A stretch of DNA of 64,000 bases from the human T2T-CHM13v2.0 reference genome, Homo sapiens: NCBI RefSeq assembly GCF_009914755.1, contig NC_060929.1, one strand, 5' to 3'. This document shows positions 12,281 through 27,062 of the stretch, one piece after another. Under the pieces are notes generated by a model, which was given only the letters and a program-made list of their open reading frames with translations, had not been told where the DNA came from and searched no databases. The position numbers and the translations under genes are program-made. Each line of letters starts with the position of its first letter. The first letter of the stretch is position 1.

Positions 12281-13069
12281 TTTCAGAGGAGAGGGAATGG
12301 CAGGCAGTTCTGAACTACTCAGCAGGTTTGATCAGGCAACCAAAGAAATGTGAAATAATTCTTGTTATCTTTCCTTCCTCAACTGCACCTTAACTGTCAG
12401 GGACTCTGGCCACATCATCTGTGTCACCGGGGAGATTTTCCCATTTGATTATAACTTGTTTCTCCTCAGGGAGGAGTGGTGAAATGCCTCTAGAGAGGAG
12501 GGATGCTGGAAGAAGGATGGAGAGAGGGAATTGATCCAAATGTGGTGGATCCTGATCAGCAAGGCAGCCAGTTCATTGTTTTGTGTTCTGTGACCTTTTG
12601 AGGATGTCATTTTTCAAGACTTCTTCTCAGCAAGAGCACTCTGCCTCTTTCAAACTCCCCTTAGCATTATTGTACCACCCCAGAGTCTGTTGACCACAAA
12701 GTTTGTTTACAAATACTATGGCAACCCCAGGAGCTCTGGCAAATCTATTGCCAGCAAATAAAGCACAAGGCTGGAATCACCAAAGCCCTCTGGAGTCTCA
12801 GCCTTACGGATAGGGTTTTTAAAGCATCTGTTTTATGTTCCTGAGCAAGCGTTTCACCATGATTTGCAGGGCATTTTTTTTTTCCTTTAAATGTCTCATA
12901 TCCCTCTCCTAAGGGACATTTAAAAAGCCATTCTTCTTGCCAGTAACCCCATTAAAGTTTAGTTCCAGAGCTTTACTGGGGGGATTTTCAACTATCTTTT
13001 TGATGTTCTGGTTTTAATGGGACAGTATATCAAATGTGAGTTTTTATTGTAGCTCTATCCCCTTTGCCG

Positions 13070-13510
13070 TACCTGTTTAGTTCTGTTGCAGATCCTGATA
13101 TTAGGACTCAAGTATGAGAAGTTTTGGAAGCAGGTGATCCCAAGAAACACTGGAGGCAAAAAGAGGAAGTAAGCAAAGAGAAGACAATGAATAAATGGTG
13201 TATGATCCATGAATAAATGGTGTACAGCCAATTTCTGCTGTGACTGGAGCATGAATCCATTTGGGGAACACAGGAGTCAGAATGAGTGCCTGAGAGTTAT
13301 CAAGTCCCGGGGCAAGGGAGCCGAAGGATCTGTACACCAACTTTCATCAGTCCCTGGTTGAGGACAGCTGGGTAGGAGAGATGGAACTCATCTTTACACA
13401 CTTCTCACCTGCTGAAAGCAAGCCCTAGGGTGTGAGAAGTCTGGAACTACAATAGTAAGGCCAGAGAGGATATGGGCAGGACACCAAAAGCAACCCCTAG
13501 ATACCCTCCT
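13070..13510 (-). mobile_element. ERVL solo LTR (LTR16-like)
   Basis: CAGATCCTGA...GGTGATCCCAAGAAACAC...TACACCAACTTTCATCAGTCCCTGGTTGAGG. Confidence 0.65.
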
Positions 13511-13949
13511 CAGCCTCATGCCCAAGAATGGGGGATTCTGTTCTTTGTATCCGTGTGTTTCTGTCTTTCTTCTCCCAAAACAGAATGACTGATGGTGACA
13601 TGCACATGGGATTTATCCTCTCCAAGGAACTGTGGATCACATGTGATTGTACATGCAGCACCCACATGGGACAAGAAAGAGAGTTAGGTCTTGCTAGTCA
13701 TCCAACACACATACTTCTACTGTTTATTTCAAAGCTCTTCTAATAGTTCACTATAACCACCCTGTCCTGTTGAGTCTTTGCTTCTCTAGGCTGAATGTTC
13801 CCAGATGCCTTCATGAGTATGAGTAGAATACAGTAACACCACCTAGTTTTTGCACAATGCTTTAATTTCTTATGAAACACAGAGCATAGTCATGCCACAG
13901 TTACCACTCACTCTGAGCCCTCCCGTACCTCCCTGTAATGAGGCTATGC

Positions 13950-14180
13950 TGCTGGCTTTAAATATGGAGGAAGAGGCCCATGAGCTGAGGCCTCCAGAAG
14001 CAGAGAAAAGCATTTTCCCCAGAGCCTCCACAAGGAACCAACCCTGATGGCATTTTGACTTTAGCCCAGTGAGACTGATTTTGGACTTCTGACCTCCAGA
14101 ACTGTAAGGTAATAATTATGTTGTTTTAAGTCTCTAAGTTTTTGATAATTTGTTATAGCAACAATGGGAAATTTAAATAG
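13950..14180 (+). mobile_element. MaLR LTR (MLT1C/D-like) 3' part
   Basis: TTTAGCCCAGTGAGACTGATTTTGGACTTCTGACCTCCAGAACTGTAAG...TTTGTTATAGCA. Confidence 0.88.
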
Positions 14181-15497
14181 ATGAGAAAAGATATATCATG
14201 TTAACATTAATCAAAATAAAGCTAGTGTGCTATTTTAATATTAGATAGGTAAATTTTAGAGTAAAGAACACTGTCATGGATAGAAAAGGTAATTACATAA
14301 TGATAAATGGGTCAAGAGAACATAAAAATTCCAAAAATGTGTACATCTAATAACAGAGCTTCAAAAATACATGAAACAGAAACTGACGTAACTTCAAGGA
14401 GAAAATTTTTAAATCTGTAATTGTCAGATTTCAATGTCGGTCTCTCAATAATTAATAGGAAATATAGAATGTAAATCAAAAAAGATATAGACATCTTGAA
14501 CAACACTATCTGTTAACTTGTCCTAATTGGTATTTATAAAACACTCCACACAATAACAACAGAATATACAATATTTCCAAGTGCACACGGAACACTTATC
14601 AAAGTAGACCACATTCTGAGCAATGAAACAAAACTGTATACATTTAAGAGGATTATATTATACAAAGGATTTATATTATACTGACTTCTAATTTAATTTC
14701 ATTGTAGGATGCAGCCAAAATGGTACTTGGAGATGCAAGTATAGCAGTAGCCACCTATATTAGAAGGAAGACCGCTATTGAATCAATGATTTCAACTTGC
14801 ACCTTAAGAAATTCTAAAAGCAGCAAATTAAACTGAGGAAGTAAAGCAGAAGGAAGTAATGATAAATATCAAAGCCAAAATCAACAAATACACAACAGAA
14901 AAACAATAGAGGAAAGCAATGAAACCAAAAGCTGCTTGCTTGAGAAGATTAATAAACATTGATGGATAAATAATAAAACTGATGAATCTCTACCTAGAAA
15001 GGTCAGGTAAGAAAGTAGAGAAAAAAAATCATTCATATTAGAAATGAAAGAGGTGACTGCACCTCAAATTCTACAGATATTTTTAAAATAATAAGGAAAT
15101 ATCATGAGCAATTTTATTCCAATAAATGCAACAACTTAGATAAAATGGACCAAGTCTTTGAAAAATACAAACTAATAAAGCTCATGCAAAATAGATTAAT
15201 TTCAAAATAATTATGCTGAGTGAAAGAAGCCAGACAAAAAACAGTATATATTGTATAATTCCATTCATATAAACTTCTAGAAAATGAAAACTAATCTGAG
15301 AGGAAGCAGATCAGTGGTTGCCTGGGGATTTCGGGTGGAGCTTTGGAAGGTCAGGGAGCAGGAATGGAGGAGAGAAATGGATGACAAAGGGGCAAGAGGA
15401 AAATTTAGGGGGTGATGAGTATGTTCATTTTCTTGGTTATGATGACAGCTTTACCACAATCAAGTGACATATACGTCTGCCAGGACTTATCAAATTG
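14181..15497 (+). mobile_element. Old L1M (ORF2 fragments plus L1MC/ME-type 3' end); resumes at 17102-17165
   Basis: Decayed ORF2 endonuclease-region motifs; ATGCTGAGTGAAAGAAGCCAGAC; interrupted by a younger L1. Confidence 0.8.
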
Positions 15498-15975
15498 GAA
15501 AACCTAAGGGTAACACTTCAAGACATTGGTCTAGGCAAAGATTTTATGGGTAAGACTTCAACAGCACAGGCAACTGAAGCAAAAATAGACAAATGGGACT
15601 GTATCAAACTAGAAAGCTTCTGCACAGAAAAGAAACAATTAACAGAATGAAGAGACAACCTGTAGAATGGGAGAAAACATTTGCACACTATTCATCCAAT
15701 GAGGGACTAATATCTGAAATCTACAAGAAATTCAAACAACTGAACAGCCGGAAAAAAAAAAAAATCCCATCAAAAAATCGGCAAAGGCATTTCTCAAAAG
15801 AAAACATACAAATGGCCAACAAGTATGTGAGAAAATGCACAACATCACTAATCACTTGAGAAAGGCAAAAAACAACCACAGTGAGAGATAATCTCACCCC
15901 AGTTAGAATGGCAATTATCAAAAAGACAAAAAATAACAAATGCTGGTGACAACTGGGAGAAGGGGAACTCATACA

Positions 15976-16053
15976 TGCCATTACTTGTTAATGGCAAAAA
16001 CTGCAATCAAAAGTAACGGCAAAAATTGCAATTACTTTTGCACTAACCTAATA
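15976..16053. mobile_element. Rearranged MADE1 (Hsmar1-derived MITE)
   Basis: Right TIR GCAATTACTTTTGCACTAACCTAA plus TA; left TIR missing; internal segment repeated. Confidence 0.85.
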
Positions 16054-16264
16054 GAAAACAGTAAGAGGTTCCTCAAACAACTAAAAGTAGAACTACCATA
16101 TATGATCAGCAATCTCACCTCTGAGTAAGTATCCAGAGGAAATGAAATCAGTATGTCAAAGAGGTATCTGCACCCCTATGTTTATTGCAGCACTATTCAT
16201 AATAGTCAAGATATGGAATCAGCCTAAATGCTCATCAGCAGATGAATGGATAAAGAAAATGTGG

Positions 16265-16646
<382 letters not shown>

Positions 16647-17265
16647 CTACATGGATGAGCCTAGAGGACATTATATTAAGTGAAATAAGTCAAGCACAGA
16701 AAGATAAATACCACACGTTCTCACTCCTATGTGGGAGCTAAAAAAAAAGTTGAGCTCATAGAAGTAGAGAGCAGAACTGTGGTTATTAGAGGCTGAGAAG
16801 AATAGGAGGGAGAGAAGGATATGGAGGGTGTTTAGCAGACAGGAAATTACAGGCAGATAAGAGGAATAAGTTAGTGTTCTATAGCACTATAGGGTGACTA
16901 CAAATAATAATTCATTGTGTATTTTCAAAAAGCTAGAAGAGAGAGTTTTGAATGTTCACCAAGAAATGATCAATATTTGAGGTTATGAATATGCTAATTA
17001 CCCTGATTTGATCATTGCACATTGTATACATGTATTAAGATATCACTCTATATCCTATAAATATGTATAATTATGTGTCAACTAAAAATAAAAGGAAAAA
17101 TCTTATCAAATTGTACACTTAATCACATGTGGTTTATTTTGTGTCGATTATACCTTCATGAAAGTGTGGGTTTTTTTCTTTTCAATTCGAGGGCTGTTCG
17201 ATAAATCACTACTCAATCTACCTGTTTTTAAAGTTTGAATTCCAAGGACCATCCAGCTTTATTAA

Positions 17266-17538
<273 letters not shown>

Positions 17539-19739
17539 ATCCCCTTGAAACCAGGGGATGTGAACGGTCATATGCATATTTATGTGCAGTATGCTGAGTT
17601 CTGTCCTGAAGAGGAAAGGAGAGGTGGACAGAAAGGGAGGGCACAGGCAGCAAGCTTAGCGGAGCTACCAAAAGTGCTACAGACACAAAAAACTTTCACT
17701 TGCCACCCTCTCCCCAGGCAATACACAGGATACAAAGTAAGTGAAATCCATTTTCTTTACTCCTGGCCCGACATAAATATTCACTGGCCTGAAGCAGAAG
17801 AACTTGTTCCAGCTAGCTTGCCAGTTACACCATCCTGGCCAGGCCACACGCTTAGCAAGCTGTATTCCAAGTCACTGTGTCCTGGCTAAGCCGCCAAGGG
17901 CATTGCTTGGGACCTTGCTATAGGCAGGCCAGAGATTTGCATTTCTTAGCTGGGGGATTCCAGCAAAGAGATCAGTTCGGGCACCTGAATCTGACATGGA
18001 AATGTAATATTTGATCCATGAAGCCAGTTGAGATGTTGCAACTCCTTTGCACCGATCTGATTTTACTCTAGAAGTATTTTCCTCCAGCCTAGACTTGGCT
18101 CAGGTGTCCTAGAAATCAGAACTGTATGTGGGTAAAAAGTGAGCAGGTCTAATGTTTACTGAAAAGAACGCAAGGTCTCTGTGCATAGGGATGTTATAAT
18201 TGCTCTAGGAGTCAGGCCTCCCTCCATCCCTCCATCCGCTGGTCAGTGTGGGGTTTCCTTCCACTGGGGTGGGGAACAGAGCTGCTGAGAATGCTGCTGC
18301 TGCTCTCAGAAATGCCACCACGGTTGCCATTGGCAATCCTTTCTTGTGCAATGTCCTTTCTCAGGAAGATGAATACAGGCTGTACATAAACCAAGCATCA
18401 GTCAAACACTCAGCAACCCCCGGTCTCATTAAGCAGAAACTAAAAGGACCCTGAGGAGAAATAAATTTGGCTAAATCTGGAGTTCAGGGGAGAACCCAGG
18501 AAAGGGAAGGAACTTCCTGCCACATGGGGACCACTTTTAGGAAAAAACCCTGAAGCCCAGCACATACATTTTCCTCCCTCCCAAATGCCAAGGCCATTTT
18601 AACTTTCATCTCTTTGTTCATCTGTTTCATCAGCAAAATCCCTGATTTGAGAGTCATGGACAGAAAGAATTGCTATAAGTAAAGGTCTGTGCAGAACAGG
18701 ATAGCACTTGCTTCTCTTAGAACAGATGTGTTTGCAGAGAAGGAACAATACACCAGGGTTTTTCTAATCTATATCTGACTCTGATTAGTTGTGAAACCTC
18801 AAAACAAGAAGAGTGGACTCTAGTTTTCAAGCTGTAAAGTTCTATAACCCATGATTTAATAAAATCCACCTCTGATTGCTCTCTGGAACTCTGAACTCTT
18901 CAGAAATCAGCCAGAATCCAGCAGAAAATAAAAGTTGGCCATGAAGGACAGCCATTCTACTTTGATTTATTTTTGCTGCATTTTATCTTTTGTGTAAAAT
19001 ATTTGGCACATAATGACAAAAGAAACAATCAATCTAAGCTACAAGGAGCAGCAATTGTAAGGGCAGAAATGATTTCATAAGAAAAATTTCTTTGACCATG
19101 TGCCAAAAAACCTGCTTTCTATGTACAGTGATCAGGCTGCCTTTGAGTTTTCAGACTCTTGGTAGAAAAAAAAACAAATTCCAATTTTGAATGTTTCATG
19201 TTTCTTGGTACTTTGCCCTACACAGATAGTCTTAAAGTTTATTGTTATTTCTAGGACTAATCTGGTCTTAATTCTTCATAATAACATAGGCCAAATATCA
19301 TAAAACAAAACATCATTTATCCAGTGTCATGGGGGTTATATTGGTCAATGTTTTCAGTTGCACATGGCAGAAGCAACTCTAGATGTTTAAGCTGAAGAGG
19401 AATGGCTTTCTTTGAGGATATGATGGTGGGCCAGGGATTTTTCACCTGTGGCCTGGTAGCCAGAGACATTGTTCAAATTATACCACCAAACTTCTCCTAT
19501 TGCTGCTACCTAGGTAAACCAAGTTAGTGGAACATCAGTTAACCTTTTCCTGGGGCCGAGGGCTATTGCTCTGAATAAAATGTGTTGTGATATGAAGTAC
19601 AGAGAGACTGGAACTGGAGCCACGCAGTGGGGAGGCAGGAAGCGTGTGTATCAGGCATAAGCTTTCAGCTGTAGCCCCGGAAGCTGGTACTAGAGGGCTC
19701 AGACTCACTTTACACTGGTGACCCACCTCGTGTATATGT

Positions 19740-20118
19740 GGAGTCTCTGCATTCTGCCTCCAGCCTCTGTAGGATAGACAAGTGCAGGCTGAAATTTACG
19801 TCTTCTGGGGCAACCCTCAATGAATTTAGTACAGAGTAGAGTGGGCAGGTAAATGCTCTAGCCCCTCTCATCTTCAGGGAAACTGTCTGACAGGCATTCT
19901 GTACACTTCTTAAGAGACCCTGGCAGAATCCAGCACTGCTGTCCATAGTAGCAGCTTTGATCATGCATCCTTACACTAGCTTTTCCTCCTTCCTTGCCTC
20001 ACTGTCACCATCCCTCACTCCTGCTTCCTAAGAACATTTCCTCAGTAAAGAGGCATCCCGAAAGACTACTCAAGTCCTTGTCTCAGGCTCCGCCTCAGGG
20101 AGAACGCACACTGAGACA
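19740..20118 (+). mobile_element. ERVL solo LTR (LTR16-like)
   Basis: CCCTCACTCCTGCTTCC...CAAGTCCTTGTCTCAGGCTC...CTGAGACA terminus. Confidence 0.65.
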
Positions 20119-20409
20119 GCCTGGCTCATGAACTGAATCTGTCAACTTGGAATTCCATCACAGAGCTTTGCCTGCATCATGTACCAGGGGAGTGAACAGA
20201 GGATGAAAGAGAGAAGAAAGGGCAGTCTCAGCTCACTGTGCCAGAGTGCTTAGCTCAGCGTATAACAGGGACTCCATAAATATGGAATGAATGAACAAAT
20301 GAATGAAAGAATTGAACATAGCAAGTTCATCTTCAACAATGATAAATGTAACAATAACTACCAATAACTACTCTGTATGCACCTTCTTATGTAAAATGTA
20401 CAACCATTG

Positions 20410-20710
20410 TACAGCTTAGGTTTCAGAATCAGAGCTGGGTTGGAATCCAAGCTCCTTGACTTGGATTAACTTTCAGCGTTTTTACTTAACCTCACTAGGC
20501 CTTAATTCCCTCATGAACAAAATACGTGTAATAATAGTATTTACCTCGATGTTTACAAAAGATGCTTGGCACAGGGCTTATCTAGCACTTACATAGCTAG
20601 CTATTTTTCTTATCAGTCCCTTTTTGCAGATGAGAAAACTCAGGTCCAGCTATCAATGGTTGAGTTGGAACTTCATCCTGATCAGTTCAGTGGCAAAACT
20701 TAAGTCATTT
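20410..20710. mobile_element. MIR fragments in both orientations
   Basis: TTACTTAACCTC...CTCATGAACAAAAT and TTTTGCAGATGAGAAAACTCAGG cores. Confidence 0.6.
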
Positions 20711-20875
20711 TAGCTGCTATTTGTCCCTACTGCCCTGCTGGAAAAGTGGTCCAGAATTTTACCTATGGAATTGGGCAAAGTTTGTTCAGGTTGTAGGCAT
20801 GATTCAACAGAAACTGAAAACAGTGTCTTATGTTTACAACAGTTTGTGGAAAATACCAAGTGCATAAGTAGCTGC

Positions 20876-21065
20876 TGTAGGCTGGATGGTTGCATCTCCC
20901 CAAAATGCATATATTGAAGAAGCCCCTGACCTCCAATGTGATAGTATTTGGAGATGGGGCCTTTGGAAAGTAATTGGACTTAGATGAGGCCATGAGGGTA
21001 GTGTCTCATGATGAAATTAGTGCCCTTATTAAAAGAGAAAGAGACATGGAACCTCTCTCACTGAG
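20876..21065 (+). mobile_element. MaLR LTR (MLT1A/MST-like) 5' part
   Basis: CCAATGTGATAGTATTTGGAGATGGGGCCTTTGG...ATTAGTGCCCTTAT. Confidence 0.85.
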
Positions 21066-21567
21066 GAAGGGAACATTCCAAATACTGAGCATTTACCTGA
21101 AGGCAAGTGTATTACTAAAGAAACCTAGAAACCATTAATGAAATGTTTGTTATTCCCTGCAACCTGTCAGGTAAGGCTCATGCAGATTAATTGTGTTGCA
21201 GAAAAACAAAGAACCAATATTTTCTTTGCACAACTGACTAGGAGTAAATAAATTATCACCACATTGGGTGATGAAAAAATTTTTGAAAAAGCTGCTGTGT
21301 TGCTCCTGACAGATTTTTTTCCCATTCTTTGTACTAGTTTCCGAGCTTGAATGCATTATAACCAACGACAGTTATCTTAAAGCTAGTCATATAACATTCC
21401 CTGGTCGATTGATTTTATTATATACAGTTAACGATAAAAGAAGTGTTTATATGGGTGGGGGAGTGGCAAACATAAATGTAAAATAACAGTATTTATTTTA
21501 CATTTACTCTTCACTTTGACAAGCAAATAATGTGGTTTCAAGAATGCTTTTGAAAAACAGATAACCA

Positions 21568-21879
<312 letters not shown>

Positions 21880-22291
21880 GAAAAACAGAAAACCAGTAGA
21901 AAAATGTTAATATAAGATAAATACTTTCAAAAACACTGGAAAATATTGAAATAAGGGAAGCACAGCCCATATAGGAAAAGACAGTATACATAGTAATGAA
22001 AGAAAAAGAAAAAACATGTTTTAAAAAGAGGACATATATACCAACTATATCATACTCACAATAAAAATAAATAGCTTAATCTCCACTATTAGAGCTTGAG
22101 ATTTTCAGAATATTTACAAATTCTAACTATATTTTATTTATAAAACATTTATCTAAATCACAGAAAGTTTAGGAGTAATAGGATAGGCAAAGATATGATA
22201 ACTAAATGCAAACAAACATAGTTACTCAGTATCCATATGTCATAGTCGAATTTACTCCTCCCCCTAAAAATGAACAAGACGGAGGGTAATT

Positions 22292-23367
22292 TCTTTTCTA
22301 ATTATTTATTTATTTTAAATTAACAGATAACATTGTATGTTTTTATCATGTACAACATGACATTTCAGAGTATATAAACATTGTAGAATGGTTAAATTTC
22401 AGTAATTAACAAATGCCTTACCTCACATAGTAATTGTGGCGAAAGCACATAACATCCACTTTATATTTTTTAAGGAAACAAATAAGCATACAATGTGTCA
22501 TCATTAACTATCGTCACCTTGCTGTACTGTAAAGCTCTTGAAATTTATTGCTTCTATCTAACTTCTGTCTATCTAATTATTATGACTGACCAAATCTCCC
22601 TCCTGTCTAACCGTCCAAGCCTCTGCTAACCACCATTTTACTCTCTACTCCCATTAGATCAGCCTTTTCAGATTTCACATGAGTGAGATCATGCAGCACA
22701 GTAGTCCCTCCATATGCACAGTTTTGCTTTCCAGTGTTTCAGCTACCCACAGTCAACTGTGGTGTGAAAATAGGTAAGTACAGTAAATGTGTATATACCA
22801 CATTTTCTTTATCCATTCAACCACTGATAAACACTTAGACTGATTCCATATCTTGGCTATTGTGGATGGTGCTGTGATAATCACAGGAGTACAGATCACT
22901 CTTTGACATAGTAATTTCATTTCCTTTCGATATATACCCCGTAGTGGGATTGCTGAACCATATGGCAGTTCTATTTTTAATATTTTGAGGAAGCTTCATA
23001 CTGTTTTCCATAATGGTTGTACTAATTTACATTCCCACCAATGTATAAGGGCTCCCTTTTCTCCACATTCTTGCCAACACTTATCTTTTGTCTTTTTGAT
23101 AATGGCCATTCTCACTGGGGTGAGGTGATATCTCATTGCGGTTTTGATTTACATTTCCCTGATGATTAATAATGGTGAACATTTAAAAAACATACCCGTT
23201 GCCCATTTGTATATCTTCTTCTGAGAAATGCCTACTCAGATCTTTTGCCCATTTTAAAATCAGGGTTTTTGTTGTTGTTGTTGTTGTTGTTGAATTCTGT
23301 TCCTTATGTATTTTGGATATTAACCCCTTTTCAGATATATAGTTTGCGAATATGTTTTCCCATTTAA
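22292..23367 (-). mobile_element. L1MA-type 3' part, inserted into an older L1 (21900-24470, +)
   Basis: Antisense 3'UTR/ORF2 end; TSD-like GA(G/A)GGTAATTT at ~22281 and ~23368. Confidence 0.88.
22699..22785. mobile_element. Tigger4/MER46-like fragment, one end only
   Basis: TIR-like CAGTAGTCCCTCC...GTTTTGCTTTCC...CAGTCAACTGTGG. Confidence 0.75.
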
Positions 23368-23580
23368 AGAAGGTAATTTTATAAGAATCTTAATCATGAT
23401 AGTGCTCACAAAAGCCAGTTAAAAAAGGAAACAAAAGAATTTTAATCATGAACCTTTATGAACAGAATAGCACTCAGTTAGAGAAGGCAAAAAAAATAAG
23501 TGTGGTGCATCATGAAGAAAATAAGAGCACCTGTTTTGCTGTTTGACAAGTCAAATAGTAAAAGTAAATAAATTAAAACA

Positions 23581-23888
<308 letters not shown>

Positions 23889-24581
23889 CTTAAAACAAAG
23901 ATCTGAATAATATAGGAAAGTTGAATAGCTATAGCTACAGTTGCAGCCAAATTTTATTCCCTACAGGAAATACATTATCCTTTCTAGAGCCCATTAAACA
24001 TTTATAAAGATTGATCATGTATATTATGCCATAAAAATTGTCAATAAATTCCAACTGTAGATACTGCAGAGGTAACATTCTGTTATTAGAACAAAACAAA
24101 ACAAAACAAAAAATATGGCTAGTTTCCCAATTTATTTTATTAAGCCAGCATAATTTGATGGCAATCCTTGACAAATGTATGACATGAATTCACTTAAAAT
24201 ATAGATGGAAAATTCTAAATATAATATAAGGAAAGTGGAATTTAGGAGCACACTAAAAGAAAGAATGCACTGCAAACAATTGGCTTTATCTCAAGAATAT
24301 AAAGCAGATTTATTGCCAATCTCTTATTATGGCATCTGTAAATCAAAATAGAAAACTTCATGATCATGCTAATAGATGCTAGAAATGCATTTGATAATAT
24401 TCTGTAACCATTCCTGATAATAACTTTGGTAAATCAGAAGAAAGCCTGCTTTAACATAGCAAACAGTTACAAGTATAAATAACTATTTAATCCTCACCAA
24501 TACACTAATGGTGGACAATATTATTGTTTCTGACTTATAAATGATAAGTGAAGCATAGAGAGGTTACAACACCTTCCACTA

Positions 24582-25220
<639 letters not shown>

Positions 25221-27024
25221 GTTTTTATAAAAAGGTTTTATTTGGCTGGGCCTGGTGGCTCGCTCCTGTAATCCCAGCACTTTGGGAGGCCGAGGCGGGT
25301 GAATCACAAGGTCAGGAGTTCAAGACCAGCCTGGCCAAGATGGTGAAACCCCATCTCTACTAAAAATACAAAAATTAGCCAGGCGTGGTGGCACATGCCT
25401 GTAATCCCAGCTACTCAGGAGGCTGAGGCAGAGAATTGCTTGAACCTGGGAGGCGGAGGTTGCAGTGAGCCGAGATCGTGCCACTGCACTCCAGACTGGG
25501 TGACAGACTGAGACTCTGTCTCCAAAAAAAAAAAAAAAGGTTTTATTTTAGGTTCAAAGTTACATGTGCAGGTTTGTTATATAGATAAAAAGTGTGTCAC
25601 AAGGGTTTGGCGTACAGATTATTTCATCTTCCAGGTAATAAGCATAACACCCAATAGGTAGTTTTTCAATCCTTGCCCTCCTCCCATTCTCCACCCTCAA
25701 GAAGACCCCAGTGTCTATTGTTCTCTTCTTTGTGTCCATGTGTACTCAATGTTTAGCTGTCACTTACCAGTAAGAAAATGCAGTATTTGGTTTTCTGTTC
25801 CTGCCTTAGCTTGCTTAGGATAATGGCCTCTAGCTCCATTCATGTTGCTGCAAAGGACATGATTTTGTTCTTTTTATGGCTGTGTACTATCCTATGGTAT
25901 ATATATATCACATTTGCTTTATCCGGCCTACCATTGATGGGCATTTAGGTTGATTCCATGTCCTTGCTATTGTGAATAGTGCTGAAATGAACACATGCAT
26001 GCATGTGTCTTTTTGGTAGAACAATTTCTATTCCTTTGGATATGTACCCAATAATGGGATTGCTGGGCCAAATGGTAGTTCTGTTTTAAGTTCTTTGAGA
26101 AATTGCCAAACTGCAGTCCACAGTGGCTAAACTAGTTTACATTCCCACCAGCAGTGTATAAACATTCCCTTTTCTCTGCAGCCTCACCAGCATGTTATTT
26201 TTTGACTTTTTAATAATAGCCTTTCTGACTGGTGTGAGATAGTATCTCATTTCGGTTTTGATTTGCATTTCTCTAACTATTAGTGATGTTGAGCATTTTT
26301 CATATGCTTCCTGGCTGTGTATATGTCTTCTTTTGAGAAGTGTCTGTTCATGTCCTTTGCCCACTTTTTAATGGGATTGTTTGTTTTTTTCCTGTTAAGT
26401 TCCTTATATATTCTGGATATTAGATCTTTGTTGGATGCATAGTTTGCAAATATTTTCTCCCATTCTGTAGGTTGTCTGTTTACTCTAAAGATAGTTTATT
26501 TTGCTGTGTAGAATCTCTTAGTTTAATTAGGTCCCATTTGTCAATTTTTGTTTTTGTTGCAATTGCTTTTAGTGCCTACTTCATGAAATCTTTGCCAGGA
26601 CCTATGTCAAGAATGGCATTTCCTAGGTTTTTTCTTTATTTCTGGGCTGTTCCATTGGTCTATGTGACTGTTTGTGTACCAGTGCCACGCTGTTTTGGTT
26701 ACTATAGCCTTGTAGTATAGTTTGAAGTCAGGTAATGTGATGCCTCCAGCTTTGTTCCTTTTCTTAGGATTGCTTTGGCTATTCAGGCTCTTTTTGGGTT
26801 CCATATGAATTTCAGAATAGTTTTTCTAATTCTATGAAAAAATGTCGTTGGTAGTTTGATAAGAATAGTATTGAAACTGTAGATTGCTTTGGGCAGTATG
26901 ACCATTTTAACAATATTGATTCTTCTTGTCTGTGAGAATGGAATAGTTTTCATTTGTTTGTGTTGTCTCTGATTTTTTTCAGCAGCGTAATTTAATTCTC
27001 ATTGTAGAGATCTTTCACCTCCCA
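25221..27024 (-). mobile_element. L1PA13-16-like 3' part with an Alu in its tail
   Basis: Antisense ORF2 end/3'UTR; TSD AAGTAAGACTT at ~25209-25219 and 27025-27035; internal gap near 26630. Confidence 0.93.
25244..25538 (+). mobile_element. AluS (Sg-like)
   Basis: TSD AAAAGGTTTTATTT. Confidence 0.97.
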
Positions 27025-27062
27025 AGTAAGACTTTAATCCTACTTTAATCACATCTATAGAA

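Noticed and set aside
13187-13224. 16-bp tandem duplication ATGAATAAATGGTGTA (similar short ones at ~14950, ~39566 and ~41050)
   Set aside because: Ordinary short slippage duplications inside old repeats
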